Notes under the pieces: generated by a model
Database searches by the model: none
The model's input: only the letters and a program-made list of their open reading frames with translations
What the model was told of the DNA's origin: nothing
In this document: one piece after another, positions 54,179 to 64,000 of the stretch
Numbering within the stretch: the stretch's first letter is position 1
Layout of the letters: every line of letters begins with the position of its first letter
DNA from: Candidatus Falkowbacteria bacterium
Lineage (GTDB): Bacteria > Patescibacteriota > Patescibacteriia > Patescibacteriales > UBA12075
Length of the DNA stretch: 64,000 nt
Reading direction: 5' to 3'
NCBI GenBank assembly: GCA_043801965.1
Contig: JAZDLN010000051.1
Coordinates: forward strand, 19,720-83,719
Program-made: the position numbers and the translations under genes

Positions 54179-54784
54179 ATGAAAGCATTAAAAGTTCTGC
54201 TTTACGGATCCTGGATTGTGCTCTCACTAGCCGCCTGCTATTTACTGGCCACAAAATGGATGTTAAACAATGAGGGTTCCTATCGGATTAAGGAAAAAAT
54301 ATCCTATTTTACCGATCACCGTGAAGTTATATTAATGCCTGAATTTCCCTCGCCCGCCGGGCATAAATCGGAAATTTTCCTGGACGAAGCAAACTACGCG
54401 GATATAAAAAAATACGATCTGGCATTTTACAAAAAAAATTATGTGACTGACATATTATTCGATGATGACGAGCTCCAGATCAAATTCGCGAAATATGTTT
54501 ACAGGGAAAATCCCGGTTTTTACCAATGTTTTAATTTCGTTAAAACCATAAAACCGGTCGACCCTCCCGTTAAACTCAGTTTCTGGCGAGACTACAGGGT
54601 AAAAATATTGGCCGTTTCGATTAATGGAGATATTAGTGTCGAATTTATCCCCGAATTCAACAACTGGATCGGATTACTGGTAGTCGCGATAGTTTTCGTG
54701 ATCATGATCATGGGGTTTTACTTGATTGATGAAAAAATCGGTGGTAACCAAAAAAAGAAAGGAACAAAATGTGGAGAAATCTAA
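54179..54784 (+). CDS. Hypothetical membrane protein with N- and C-terminal TM helices.
   Basis: ORF with hydrophobic termini. Confidence 0.4.
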   Translation: MKALKVLLYGSWIVLSLAACYLLATKWMLNNEGSYRIKEKISYFTDHREVILMPEFPSPAGHKSEIFLDEANYADIKKYDLAFYKKNYVTDILFDDDELQIKFAKYVYRENPGFYQCFNFVKTIKPVDPPVKLSFWRDYRVKILAVSINGDISVEFIPEFNNWIGLLVVAIVFVIMIMGFYLIDEKIGGNQKKKGTKCGEI

Positions 54785-54794
54785 GATCGGGCCA

Positions 54795-55205
54795 ATGCAA
54801 ATTATGCGGTTAGCTACGGTAATTCTGCTGTTATTCGGAGTCTTTTATTTTATAGGCTTTAAAGCGCGACAAGAGCCCTTTGGCTCGCACGATCTAATGC
54901 CGGGCGCTTACGCCGGAATAACGATCATGGGAATTCCCGAGGAAATAGCGGACTTGTCGCCGGCCATACCCCACGGGGTAGCCGTTATGACCGTGTCTCA
55001 TGGCTATCCAGCCGAAGAAAAAGGGATAATTCCGGGAGATATCATAACCTCTCTGGACGGAAATGCGCTTAAAAATATGCTCCAGTTCTTTGAAATTATG
55101 CACGGCAAAAAACCGGCAGACGAATTAAGCGTCGGTATTCTGCGCGGCACGGAAAAACTTTCCTTCGATCTTATATTGGCCGCGGACAGGCCAGAATCAA
55201 ACTAA
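54795..55205 (+). CDS. Membrane-anchored PDZ-domain protein.
   Basis: N-terminal TM. PDZ-like GIIPGDIITSLDGNALKN ... ELSVGILRG. Start taken at MQIMRL (ATG 54795). Confidence 0.5.
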   Translation: MQIMRLATVILLLFGVFYFIGFKARQEPFGSHDLMPGAYAGITIMGIPEEIADLSPAIPHGVAVMTVSHGYPAEEKGIIPGDIITSLDGNALKNMLQFFEIMHGKKPADELSVGILRGTEKLSFDLILAADRPESN

Positions 55206-55288
55206 TCATAAAAACCGCAAAGCACCCAAACGGGTGCTTTTTAATATATTCGGAAATTTAAAGAATATTTCTATAAGCTAAAAGCTAG

Positions 55289-56674
55289 CTACTTTTTAAA
55301 AACCCTCTGTCCGTCCGGCGTATCTTCGACCGTATAGCCTGATTTTTCAATCTCATCGCGCAGACGGTCGGATTCGGCCCAATTTTTTTCTTTTCTGGCT
55401 TCTCGCCTTTCTGTTCTTAATTTTTCTACCTCTGTCGGCATGATTTCTTCCAAGATTTCAGTTATATTAAAACCGAAAACTTCATCGAATTTATTGAATG
55501 TCTTTAATTTATCTTCATTGGCGAGTTGATCGGATTTCAACATTTCCTGAGTTACCGCAAGAGCTTTCGGTAAATTTAAATCATCATTAATGGATTCTCT
55601 GAAAAACTTTTCCGCCCCCTCTATAACGGCACCCTCGCTAACTCCCAGTCCCCTTACCTGATTATATAAATGCTCTAACCCATTTTTGGCGTTAAGCATT
55701 ATTTCTTCGCTATATTCCATCGGTTTGCGGTAATGGGTCTGTAGGCAGGCGAAACGATAAACTAAGGGGTCGATCCCCTTCTTTAAAAAAGCATTATCGA
55801 GAGTCAAAAAATTATCCGCGCTCTTGGCCATCTTCTTGCCCCCGGCGATATTCAAAAACGCGCCGTGCATCCAAAAATTAAAAAACTTTTTCCCCGTGGC
55901 CGCTTCCGATTGCGCAATCTCGTTCGTGTGATGCACATTGATGTGATCGATGCCGCCGCAATGGATATCAAGTTTATCTCCCAGTAAAGCCGCGCTCATG
56001 GCCGAGCATTCGATGTGCCAGCCGGGAAAACCGACGCCCCAGGGAGAATCCCATTCCATCTGGCGTTTGGCGTCATTCGGAGAGAATTTCCAGAGAGCGA
56101 AATCCGTCGGATTTCTCTTCTCGTCGTTTTTTTCCACTCTGGCGCCCTCCTTTAAGGTTTCAAGGTCAAGATGCGATAATTTATTGTAATCGGGGAATTT
56201 AGCCGTATCGAAATAAATCCCGTCGCTTGTCTTATAGGTAAACCCCCTTGATTCAAGAATTTTAATGAGATCGATCTGTTGAATTATGTATTCGGTCGCT
56301 TTAGGCATCTCGCCGGGCATGATAATATTCAGGCGCTTAAGATCTTCCAGGAAAGCCTTAGTATAAAATTCCGCGATCTCCCAAACGCTTTTCCCTTCCC
56401 GTCGCGCGCCTTTTTCAAGTTTATCCTCGCCCATGTCCATGTCGCCCGTCAGATGCCCGACGTCGGTAATATTCATGACATGGCTGACCTTATAACCGTT
56501 ATACGTCAAAACCCGCTTCAGGATATCTTCGAAAATATAAGCCCGCAGATTGCCGATATGCGCGTAATTGTAAACCGTCGGACCGCAGGTATAAAGACCG
56601 ATCTCGCCCGGTTTTATTGGCATGAACTTCTCTTTTTTGCGCGTGAGCGTATTGTATAAAAAAATTTCCTCCAT
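55289..56674 (-). CDS. cysS: Cysteinyl-tRNA synthetase.
   Basis: HIGH motif (YNYAHIGN), KMAKS (KMSKS variant) and zinc-binding Cys/His positions. Confidence 0.95.
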   Translation of the reverse strand: MEEIFLYNTLTRKKEKFMPIKPGEIGLYTCGPTVYNYAHIGNLRAYIFEDILKRVLTYNGYKVSHVMNITDVGHLTGDMDMGEDKLEKGARREGKSVWEIAEFYTKAFLEDLKRLNIIMPGEMPKATEYIIQQIDLIKILESRGFTYKTSDGIYFDTAKFPDYNKLSHLDLETLKEGARVEKNDEKRNPTDFALWKFSPNDAKRQMEWDSPWGVGFPGWHIECSAMSAALLGDKLDIHCGGIDHINVHHTNEIAQSEAATGKKFFNFWMHGAFLNIAGGKKMAKSADNFLTLDNAFLKKGIDPLVYRFACLQTHYRKPMEYSEEIMLNAKNGLEHLYNQVRGLGVSEGAVIEGAEKFFRESINDDLNLPKALAVTQEMLKSDQLANEDKLKTFNKFDEVFGFNITEILEEIMPTEVEKLRTERREARKEKNWAESDRLRDEIEKSGYTVEDTPDGQRVFKK

Positions 56675-56675
56675 A

Positions 56676-56963
56676 TTAAACTTTGGTCTTTATGTCAACG
56701 CCGCTGAAACCGTAGAGACCGTGGATTGTTTCGCAGGCGGTGGCATAGGCTTTTTGCCCGTTATCGGCCAGCTGACCGGTACTGCGCCACTCCTCATCCC
56801 CCTCTTTTTTCACTTCGACCAGGCCGGTTTTGGAATTCCACTGGGTTTCAAAAAAAATCTCCTTACCCCGGATCATCGCCTTTATTTTCTCCAAAGGCCA
56901 TTTATTCCCGTTTTCGGATTGGTTTTTCCTTATGGCGCTCATAAGTTCGCCGTATTCTTTCAT
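56676..56963 (-). CDS. Hypothetical protein (95 aa), translationally coupled to cysS.
   Basis: The stop is adjacent to and overlaps the cysS start. Confidence 0.4.
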   Translation of the reverse strand: MKEYGELMSAIRKNQSENGNKWPLEKIKAMIRGKEIFFETQWNSKTGLVEVKKEGDEEWRSTGQLADNGQKAYATACETIHGLYGFSGVDIKTKV

Positions 56964-57040
56964 ATTTTTTACTTAATAAATTAAGTGAATATTTAAATTT
57001 TACCCTAAGCCGGGTTTTTTTGCAATTATTTTCAGGCAAC

Positions 57041-57934
57041 CTAATCAAAAAGGCTGGTACTCAGGTATTTTTCCCCCCGGTCCGGAAATATAGTAACGAT
57101 ATTGCCGGCTTTGATATCGCCGGCTATTTTCAGGGCCGCGACCATGGCCGCCCCGGATGACATGCCGACGAATATTCCTTCTTCCCGGACTATCCGGCGC
57201 GACATAACGTAAGCCTCCTCCGTGTCTATCATGATGATCTCGTCCAGTTTCGACCGGTCGTAGATCGCCGGCACGATCGCCTCTTCCATGTTCTTGAGCC
57301 CCTGGATATAGTGGCCCTTGACCGGTTCGGCGCTCACTATCTTTACGTCCGGCTTGTATTTCCTGAGATACGCGGCTACGCCCATAAGCGTGCCGGACGT
57401 GCCGATAGAGCTCACGAAGTAATCGATTTCGCCGCCGGTCTGCTTCCAGATCTCCTGAGCCGTGGTTTCGTAGTGCGCTATCCGGTTATACTCATTGGAA
57501 AATTGATCGGGCCGGAAATATTTGTCGGGGAATTTTGCCGTGAGCTCTTTGCATTTAAGGATCGCTCCGTCCGTACCTTTATCTCCGGGGGTTAAGGTCA
57601 CTTTAGCGCCGAAAGCGGCGATCATCTTCCGGCGTTCGACCGAAACCGCCTCGCTCATGACTATTTCCGCCTTATATCCCTTGACCGCCCCGATCATAGC
57701 GAGGGCGATACCGGTATTCCCGGAAGTAGCCTCGATGATCGTCTTGTCCGAAGTTAATTTGCCTTCGGCTTCCGCTTGTTCGATCATTTTAAGAGCGATC
57801 CGGTCTTTGATGCTTCCTCCCGGATTAACCCCCTCCACTTTGGCGTAAATATTAACGGCCGGACGGGGATTTATTTTGCTTATTTTGACCATGGGCGTAT
57901 GGCCGATGGTTTGAAGAATATTTTTGCAGATCAT
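57041..57934 (-). CDS. cysK: Cysteine synthase (O-acetylserine sulfhydrylase).
   Basis: PLP lysine motif GGSIKDRIAL and TSGNTGIALAMIGAVKGYK. Confidence 0.9.
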   Translation of the reverse strand: MICKNILQTIGHTPMVKISKINPRPAVNIYAKVEGVNPGGSIKDRIALKMIEQAEAEGKLTSDKTIIEATSGNTGIALAMIGAVKGYKAEIVMSEAVSVERRKMIAAFGAKVTLTPGDKGTDGAILKCKELTAKFPDKYFRPDQFSNEYNRIAHYETTAQEIWKQTGGEIDYFVSSIGTSGTLMGVAAYLRKYKPDVKIVSAEPVKGHYIQGLKNMEEAIVPAIYDRSKLDEIIMIDTEEAYVMSRRIVREEGIFVGMSSGAAMVAALKIAGDIKAGNIVTIFPDRGEKYLSTSLFD

Positions 57935-58001
57935 ATTAATATATTTATGGAATTAACCGTTAAATAAAACGGCCCCAGATTTTACCCGGGGCTTAAAAGG
58001 T

Positions 58002-58223
58002 TCATTCATCGTCTTCGTCCTTGCGCGCAGGCGGAGGAACATATTTCGGGTAAGTCCTGGCGAACCAAGACTCGAAGTCGGAGGTGCCGTTGCCTTCTCC
58101 CAGTTTTAAGATTATTTTTGGCAGTTTTTCCGCACTTCTCGGCTTATGCCGATTATTGCCGCGTCGTTGATGCGTTTGGGTTTGTGCTTCCACTAAATCA
58201 ACCCTTTCGATGAGTAAATACAA
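58002..58223 (-). CDS. Hypothetical small protein (73 aa).
   Basis: ORF followed by a gcccc/ggggc hairpin at about 57968-57992. Weak. Confidence 0.25.
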   Translation of the reverse strand: MYLLIERVDLVEAQTQTHQRRGNNRHKPRSAEKLPKIILKLGEGNGTSDFESWFARTYPKYVPPPARKDEDDE

Positions 58224-58410
58224 ACCGCTAATCCGGCAATTTCACGGTTAGCGGGACCTTGGCCAGAATTCCACACAAAAAGTACTATAATCACAACATA
58301 ACACAAAAAAAAGAAAATGTCAAGCATTTTCCATTTTTTATGCTATTTTACATAATATAGTAATCACAAAAATCAGTCAAACTTAACCAATATAAAACAA
58401 AAAATCCTTA

Positions 58411-59706
58411 TTATTTTAACCATTCTTCCTCCTGTCTTACGAGCAGTGTCGAGGCGCGCAAAGGATCAGCCACGATCTCTTTAACGATCTTTTCCATCCT
58501 CATGCCCTGAGAACCCTTGACCAGAATAAGGTCGTTTTCCCGGATCCGATCCTGCATAAAACGGCCGACTTCGGAAGAATCCCCGAAACTGAAAATACGG
58601 TCTTCTCCCATCCCCTCCTCTTTGGCGCCATGGGCTATGTGCCGGGCACGCTCTCCGACCGTAAACAGCCAGTCGAAACCAGCCCGGGCCGCGTATCGGC
58701 CGACATCCTTGTGGCCCTCTTCGCTGTAAGCGCCAAGTTCGAGCATATCACCTAAAACAACGAATTTAACCGCGCCCTCTTTCACCGGTATCCGCTTTAA
58801 AGCCCCAAGCGCCGCGATGGCGGATTTTGGTTCGGAGTTATAAGTATCGTCTATGATGGTCGTGTTTTTTATGCCCGGGATAAGGCGCATCCGGCCTTTG
58901 GGCGAATCGAATTTCCGCAAAGCCTCCGATATTTCAATCTGATTCATGCCGAAGCTTAAACCGACGGCCGCGGCCGCCAGCGCGGCATAGACGGAATTGA
59001 TGCCTAAAACTCCGGGCAGGAGGACGGGGGTGTGCGAACCCTTATAGCCCATCTTAAAATTGATCCCCTTTATGTTGGCGGCGACAGCCTCTCCCGAATA
59101 ACTATAGTTGATCTCCTGGGCGCGGATATCGGATCTTTCTTCCAGCCCGAAAGTAATGACCCGGGCGCGGCTTTCCGCCGCGATGCGCCGACAATCCTCG
59201 TTATCGTAATTAATGATCGACCATCCCGAGGCCGGAATATTCCTGATGAGCTTGGCTTTCTCCTGGATCAGCTTGTTCCTGGAACCGAAATTTTCCGCGT
59301 GCACCGTGCCGATCATGGTCAGGATGCCCACCTTGGGCGCGGCTATGTTCAAAAGATAATCCATGTCTCCCGGATGATCAATGCCCATCTCTAATACCAG
59401 GATCCGGGGATAATCATCGTCCTTCCACAGGAAAAGCTTAAATCCCAGCCAGAATATCCGGATCCATCCGAAAATATTCTTCCCGGGAGATGCCGCTCCA
59501 ATTACGGTCAGGGGCAGGCCGAATTCGTTATTGTAATTTTTAAGGCAGGAAGCTACCCGGAATTTACCTTTAAGAACGGCGTAAACCGCGTCCCGGGCGC
59601 TCGTTTTTCCGACGCTTCCGGTGATGCCGACGATCTCAGGTTTCTGCTTGGCTATAACCAATTTGGCCAATATTTTAAGTTTTAACTGGATGATCTTCTT
59701 TAGCAT
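58411..59706 (-). CDS. murF: UDP-N-acetylmuramoyl-tripeptide--D-alanyl-D-alanine ligase.
   Basis: Mur ligase P-loop GITGSVGKTS. Central and C-terminal Mur ligase domains. Position after ftsI in the dcw order. Confidence 0.85.
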   Translation of the reverse strand: MLKKIIQLKLKILAKLVIAKQKPEIVGITGSVGKTSARDAVYAVLKGKFRVASCLKNYNNEFGLPLTVIGAASPGKNIFGWIRIFWLGFKLFLWKDDDYPRILVLEMGIDHPGDMDYLLNIAAPKVGILTMIGTVHAENFGSRNKLIQEKAKLIRNIPASGWSIINYDNEDCRRIAAESRARVITFGLEERSDIRAQEINYSYSGEAVAANIKGINFKMGYKGSHTPVLLPGVLGINSVYAALAAAAVGLSFGMNQIEISEALRKFDSPKGRMRLIPGIKNTTIIDDTYNSEPKSAIAALGALKRIPVKEGAVKFVVLGDMLELGAYSEEGHKDVGRYAARAGFDWLFTVGERARHIAHGAKEEGMGEDRIFSFGDSSEVGRFMQDRIRENDLILVKGSQGMRMEKIVKEIVADPLRASTLLVRQEEEWLK

Positions 59707-59777
59707 ATTTTATTTATGACTCCTTGGGCTTTGTGATAAATATATTAGCATAATAATCTAAAAGCTGAAAGCTGTTT

Positions 59778-61706
59778 TTACCTTTCTTTCGGTACCTGAT
59801 AATAATTCAAGATAAATTCGGCGATTTCGGAAAAGAGGGGCGCCGTCGAAGAATCCGCCCAGGCCACGTCTTTGGGGTCGTTTAATTTTACCAGCATGAC
59901 GAATTTCGGGTCGTCGGCCGGCGCGAAGCCGATGAAAGTATGGATCGTCCGGCCCGCCTCATAGCCCTTGGTCCCGCTGCCGGCCACCTGCGCCGTGCCG
60001 GTCTTGCCGCCGACGTAATAGCCTTTTACGGCCGCTCGCGTGGAATGGCCCTCTTCGACCACCCTGACCATCATGCCGGATAAAAGCAACGAGGTCCTTT
60101 CGGAAATAACCCTTCTTACCGGCTGCGGCTGGGTCTTTATCCTTTCCCCGGCCGAGGTCACTATTTCGTTCACCACGTAAGGTTTCATCAATATGCCGCC
60201 GTTAACGACCGCCGCGTAAGCGGTTATGGTCTGGAGAGGAGTGACCGTTATTCCCTGGCCGAAAGTGGCGGTCGCGACTTCCACCGGCCTGATGACGTCG
60301 CGCTCCAGGTTAACGATATTGCCGCCTCCTTCGCCCGGCAGCTCGATTCCGGTTTTTTGCCCGAAACCGAATTTTTTGACGTAATCCGCGAAAACCTCCG
60401 GGCCGGTTCTCTGCATAACGTGGATCGAGCCGGTATTTAAGGAAAGTTCCAGAACGGTAATCATGTCGACCGTGCCGTGGCCGCCGAAAGTATCGAAGTC
60501 GGAATTTTTAATCGGTTTTGACCAGCCGGGTATCTTTATCGAACCCTTGTCGTTATAGGTACTTTCCGGCGTGACTTTACCCTGGTCTATTCCGGCCGAC
60601 ATCGTAAAAATCTTAAAGATCGAACCGGGTTCGTATTGATCGAACACGGCGGGATTATTATAAATACCGATATTGTCAACCTTTCCGTAATTATTGGGGT
60701 CATAATCCGGCCAGGAACACATCGCGATGATAGCGCCGGTTTTCGGCTCCATAACTATGACGGTTCCGCCGTCGGCGCCGTGCCGAAGGGCGGCGGCGTT
60801 AAGTTTTTGGCAGGCGTTGAACTGGATCGAGCGATTGATCGTCAAGATCAAATCGCTGCCGTTTTTAGGTTCGTTGAATTCCCGGTCATTCACGATGATC
60901 AGGCTGCCGTTACCCGATCTTTCCGCCTTGATCGATCCCGGGGCGCCGGTCAATTCCTCGTTGAAAAAATTCTCGAGACCGTATCGTCCGATTTTTCCGG
61001 AATCGTCGAAACCCACGAAACCGAGCAGATGGGAACCGATCGAAAATTCCGGATAATAACGGTAAGACTCCATTATGTAATCTATACCCAAGCCGTGAAG
61101 CTCTTCGATATAAGGGTCGAGCGTTTCTTTTTCGACCTTTGAGCGAATCGGTTCGTAGGGATCGTTTTCTTTTGATAATTTATCCAGATAAGCGCCAATT
61201 ACTGATTTTTTTCTGATCTCCAATTCCAGTTCCCTTTTGATCACCCTGAACTCTTCCCGGTTTTTAATATCGGCGGCCGCTATGCCGAGGCCATCGGAGG
61301 AGGTTGCCGAAAAATAAGGGTCTTTCTTAAGCATCTCGTCGACCTCATCCTCTACGTTTTTCCGGTCGAATATTTCATATAAACGATCGGCCGCCTCCGC
61401 GGGACTCTTAACGTCTTTAGGTATGGCGTAAACCAGGGCGAAATCCTTATTCGTGGCCACCGGGTAAAAATCCTTCCCGTCCGGGACCGGGCTGTTCTGG
61501 ATATAGATTTCCCCGCGCGACGGCTGCAGCTTATTATATACCTGATGCTGGTCGGAAGCCAAGGCGACGTAAAGATCGTTCTTCGAAACCTGAAGTCCAT
61601 ACAGACGCAGCAGGATCGATCCGGCCAATAAAAAAATAACCGTCATGACCAGATTAAGACGATTACTGTTGTCGCTTTTTTTTCGGTTGTATTTGCTGGA
61701 AATCAT
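59778..61706 (-). CDS. ftsI: Class B penicillin-binding protein / peptidoglycan D,D-transpeptidase.
   Basis: N-terminal TM. SxxK (SIFK), SxN (SLN) and KTG (KTGTA) active-site motifs. Confidence 0.85.
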   Translation of the reverse strand: MISSKYNRKKSDNSNRLNLVMTVIFLLAGSILLRLYGLQVSKNDLYVALASDQHQVYNKLQPSRGEIYIQNSPVPDGKDFYPVATNKDFALVYAIPKDVKSPAEAADRLYEIFDRKNVEDEVDEMLKKDPYFSATSSDGLGIAAADIKNREEFRVIKRELELEIRKKSVIGAYLDKLSKENDPYEPIRSKVEKETLDPYIEELHGLGIDYIMESYRYYPEFSIGSHLLGFVGFDDSGKIGRYGLENFFNEELTGAPGSIKAERSGNGSLIIVNDREFNEPKNGSDLILTINRSIQFNACQKLNAAALRHGADGGTVIVMEPKTGAIIAMCSWPDYDPNNYGKVDNIGIYNNPAVFDQYEPGSIFKIFTMSAGIDQGKVTPESTYNDKGSIKIPGWSKPIKNSDFDTFGGHGTVDMITVLELSLNTGSIHVMQRTGPEVFADYVKKFGFGQKTGIELPGEGGGNIVNLERDVIRPVEVATATFGQGITVTPLQTITAYAAVVNGGILMKPYVVNEIVTSAGERIKTQPQPVRRVISERTSLLLSGMMVRVVEEGHSTRAAVKGYYVGGKTGTAQVAGSGTKGYEAGRTIHTFIGFAPADDPKFVMLVKLNDPKDVAWADSSTAPLFSEIAEFILNYYQVPKER

Positions 61707-61778
61707 AGCAAGGGTTTTCGTTTTTCTTAATGATTACACCCCTTGCGCCCGTTTCGGTCCGTGGTGTAAATATCGATA

Positions 61779-62138
61779 TTATTTTCTGGCTACCGCTTCG
61801 CTTATGACGGTAATATATTCGATCGTCCCGGCTTTGACAAGATTCATGCTTAAAGCCCGCTTTTGTATGTTCTCGTATGATTCTAATTCCGTTACCTTGT
61901 TGGTAATCAGCTTATTATTATTTTGCAGTTCCTCGGATTTAAGCCTTAGCTCCCGCAGGACGAATCCCTTGATGGACAGATCGTTTACGCTCGCCACAAA
62001 ATAAATACCGTTGATTATTATAACAATAAACAAAAACTTATTCAAAATTCCCAGATAAGACCTTTCGGCTTTTTTTCCCGGAAAAATTTTAGCGTTAAAA
62101 TTATAATTTTTATTTTTGTTTTTATCTTTTATTATCAT
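61779..62138 (-). CDS. ftsL: Cell division protein FtsL-like (bitopic, coiled coil).
   Basis: Single TM followed by a coiled-coil-like segment. Conserved position between rsmH and ftsI. Confidence 0.5.
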   Translation of the reverse strand: MIIKDKNKNKNYNFNAKIFPGKKAERSYLGILNKFLFIVIIINGIYFVASVNDLSIKGFVLRELRLKSEELQNNNKLITNKVTELESYENIQKRALSMNLVKAGTIEYITVISEAVARK

Positions 62139-62227
62139 AGTATCCGCTTGTAGAATAATCCGGATATTTGACTAAAAATCAAGCTGTCGCGTTTAAATTG
62201 ATGGCTGGAGGATTCTTATATTTTTCG

Positions 62228-63214
62228 TCATATTTTCTCCGCTACCCTCATCTTGGCACTTCTGGCCCTGGGATTAGCGGAGACCTCTTCGGCCGTCGGT
62301 AAAACCGTTTTTTTCGTAATTATCTTTAAAACCGCCTTATGGCCGCATTGGCAGACTGGTAACTGTGCCGGACAGACGCAATCCCGGCTTTCGGTTTTAA
62401 AAAAATTTTTAACTATCCTGTCTTCAAGGCTGTGGTAGGAAACGACCGCTATCCGGCCTCCCCCTTTTAAGATCCGGGCCGCTTGCGGTAAGGCTTTCTC
62501 CAAATTACCAAGCTCATCGTTGGTGGCGATCCTTAACGCCTGAAAAGCGCGGGTGGCGAAATGGATCTTTTTGTTATGCCTGTAGGCCCCCGGTACGGAT
62601 CCGCCGATTATATTCACGAGTTCTCCGGTATTTTTTATCTCTCCCTCTTTTCTCGCCGAAACAATGGCTCGCGCTATTCTTCCCGCGAATCTTTCTTCCC
62701 CGTATTCCCGCAATATTCTCGCCAATTCCGAAGCGGGATAACGATTAACAATATACTCCGTCGTCGGTTTTTCGTTTTCCGTTTTCTGGCCGAAGGCCAT
62801 GTCTAGCGGAGCATCCAGTTGAAAAGAGAATCCCCGGCTCCGGTCTTCGAGTTGAGCTGATGATAGACCCAGATCAAATACAATGCCGGAAAAAACAGGT
62901 ACCTCCGGAATCTCGGAATCCGCCTGAGCGGCAATCTCGGCTGACTCGCCCGATGCCATGATTTTATGTAAGTCTTTAAAATTTCCATGTATGATCTTTA
63001 TGTTTTTATTTTTTTCAAATTTTTCGCGTGCATTCTCGATCGCGAGACTATCCAGATCAAAGGCTGTTACTTCTCCGCGCTCGCCCACGCGCTCGGCCAA
63101 CGCGGCCGTATATCCTCCCCCGCCCAGGGTGCAATCCATGAATTTTTCTCCGGGCTTCGGATCAAGATACTCCAATACCTCCTCCAACATTACCGGCACG
63201 TGAATATATTTCAT
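62228..63214 (-). CDS. rsmH: 16S rRNA (cytosine1402-N4)-methyltransferase.
   Basis: HVPVMLEEVLEYL ... DCTLGGGGYT SAM-binding motif. Start taken at MKYIHVPV (ATG 63214). Confidence 0.9.
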   Translation of the reverse strand: MKYIHVPVMLEEVLEYLDPKPGEKFMDCTLGGGGYTAALAERVGERGEVTAFDLDSLAIENAREKFEKNKNIKIIHGNFKDLHKIMASGESAEIAAQADSEIPEVPVFSGIVFDLGLSSAQLEDRSRGFSFQLDAPLDMAFGQKTENEKPTTEYIVNRYPASELARILREYGEERFAGRIARAIVSARKEGEIKNTGELVNIIGGSVPGAYRHNKKIHFATRAFQALRIATNDELGNLEKALPQAARILKGGGRIAVVSYHSLEDRIVKNFFKTESRDCVCPAQLPVCQCGHKAVLKIITKKTVLPTAEEVSANPRARSAKMRVAEKI

Positions 63215-63509
63215 ACGACATGGGGCACTAAGCATGAAGCACTTACGGGTCGCGCGTCGCGTGTCGCCTGTTTCATGTTTCGTGCGCTAAAGCACTAAAG
63301 CGCGCGTTCGGGCAAAAATAATACTCCGCAACTCTTCCGTGTCCACCAGCGGCGCTTTGATGATCCGCACTTTCACGGTCTTGGGCTGCAGAGCGACTTT
63401 TGTTTCGCACTTGATTTTTTTCGTCATATTTTTATTTTTGTTTTTCCGCCGGAGGCGGGTGTTTTTGTTTTACGAAACTCGATATTCTTCATTTGTCGTT
63501 TAAAATTTG

Positions 63510-63941
63510 TCAGATCCCCAGATCTCCCAGCGCCTCAGCGATTTCCCCGGAATCTTTTTCCGTGCCCTGCTTGTATTTATCCCAGGCTTCCTCTTCCCAG
63601 ATTTCCAGCCGGTCGAACAATCCGGCGATCACGGTTTTTTTATTTAAAACCGCGAATTCCCTAAGGTATTCAGGCAGGTTTATCCGGCCCTGATTATCGA
63701 GATCGACGTCCATGGCCCCGGCCAGCATCAAACGGGAAAACGCCCGGGCCTTGGACTGGCTGATCGGCAGATCGGCGAGCTTGCGGGCGATTTTTTCCCA
63801 CTGCTCGTGGGTATATAAAAAGAGGCACCGATCCAGGCCACGGGTCACGACCGCCCCACCCTTTAGTTTGTCCCTGAATTTTACCGGAATCGCCAGCCTT
63901 CCCTTGTCGTCTAAATTATGCTTATATTCTCCGATAAACAT
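63510..63941 (-). CDS. mraZ: Transcriptional regulator MraZ.
   Basis: MFIGEYKHNLDDKGRLAIPVKFR, with duplicated SpoVT/AbrB-like halves. Start taken at MFIGEY (ATG 63941). The track start is a GTG extension. Confidence 0.85.
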   Translation of the reverse strand: MFIGEYKHNLDDKGRLAIPVKFRDKLKGGAVVTRGLDRCLFLYTHEQWEKIARKLADLPISQSKARAFSRLMLAGAMDVDLDNQGRINLPEYLREFAVLNKKTVIAGLFDRLEIWEEEAWDKYKQGTEKDSGEIAEALGDLGI

Positions 63942-64000
63942 ATCGCGGCGGATTAATAAAAAATATAACAAGATGTTTTTTAGCACCTGCTATATTCTTC

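Noticed and set aside
1-64000. CRISPR arrays.
   Set aside because: The repeats present are palindromes, MITE-like IRs or irregularly spaced. There is no array of regularly spaced direct repeats with unique spacers, and no cas genes.
1-64000. tRNA or rRNA genes in intergenic regions.
   Set aside because: No T-loop/acceptor signatures (GGTTCGAATCC-type) or rRNA-like conserved blocks were seen on either strand in any intergenic region.

Overview
This 64 kb window is gene-dense, mostly on the minus strand, with moderate GC. The gene content is consistent with a small-genome, CPR/Patescibacteria-like bacterium; that lineage call is an inference.

Recognisable housekeeping genes:
- An [FeFe] hydrogenase HydA that runs off the 5' edge and is missing from the ORF track.
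- A NuoF-like flavoprotein, GAPDH, a PSP1/RicT-domain protein, EF-Ts and ribosomal protein S2.
- MnmA, NUDIX, tgt, CorA, Dus, CysS, CysK.
- A truncated dcw block: mraZ-rsmH-ftsL-ftsI-murF.
- An RNase P RNA on the minus strand, under spurious track ORFs.

Accessory content:
- A roughly 20 kb locus (14874-35163) encoding a sortase and five giant cell-surface proteins. Four of them end in LPETG/LAETG sorting signals. They carry DUF11, Cna-B/prealbumin-like, Myxococcus cysteine-rich and thrombospondin type-3 repeats.
- A polysaccharide cluster: an O-antigen-ligase/TPR protein, two GT4 glycosyltransferases, a WbaP-type sugar transferase and a GT2 glycosyltransferase.
- A plus-strand island of five small hypothetical genes (8907-10622).
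- A plus-strand operon of four tandem paralogous domains of an unrecognised family (43412-45338).

The most unusual signal is the load of short dispersed repeats:
- A roughly 65 bp nested palindromic element inserted in frame into four genes (twice in mnmA, once in dus, once in a secreted protein), each adding a similar 'TPPASAPLQHPPLIRGGTGRGV' peptide. This resembles Rickettsia palindromic elements.
- GC-rich nested palindromes with a GGGGGTGAGGGC tail; one supplies the last 14 codons of MnmA.
- Palindromes with conserved GTAGAGACG arms and compensatory variable centres.
- MITE-like elements with TTTTGTCATCTCGA termini.
- A TACTAAATAC direct-repeat element at the 3' ends of three genes that puts stop codons in all three frames.

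No CRISPR array, tRNA or rRNA was found.
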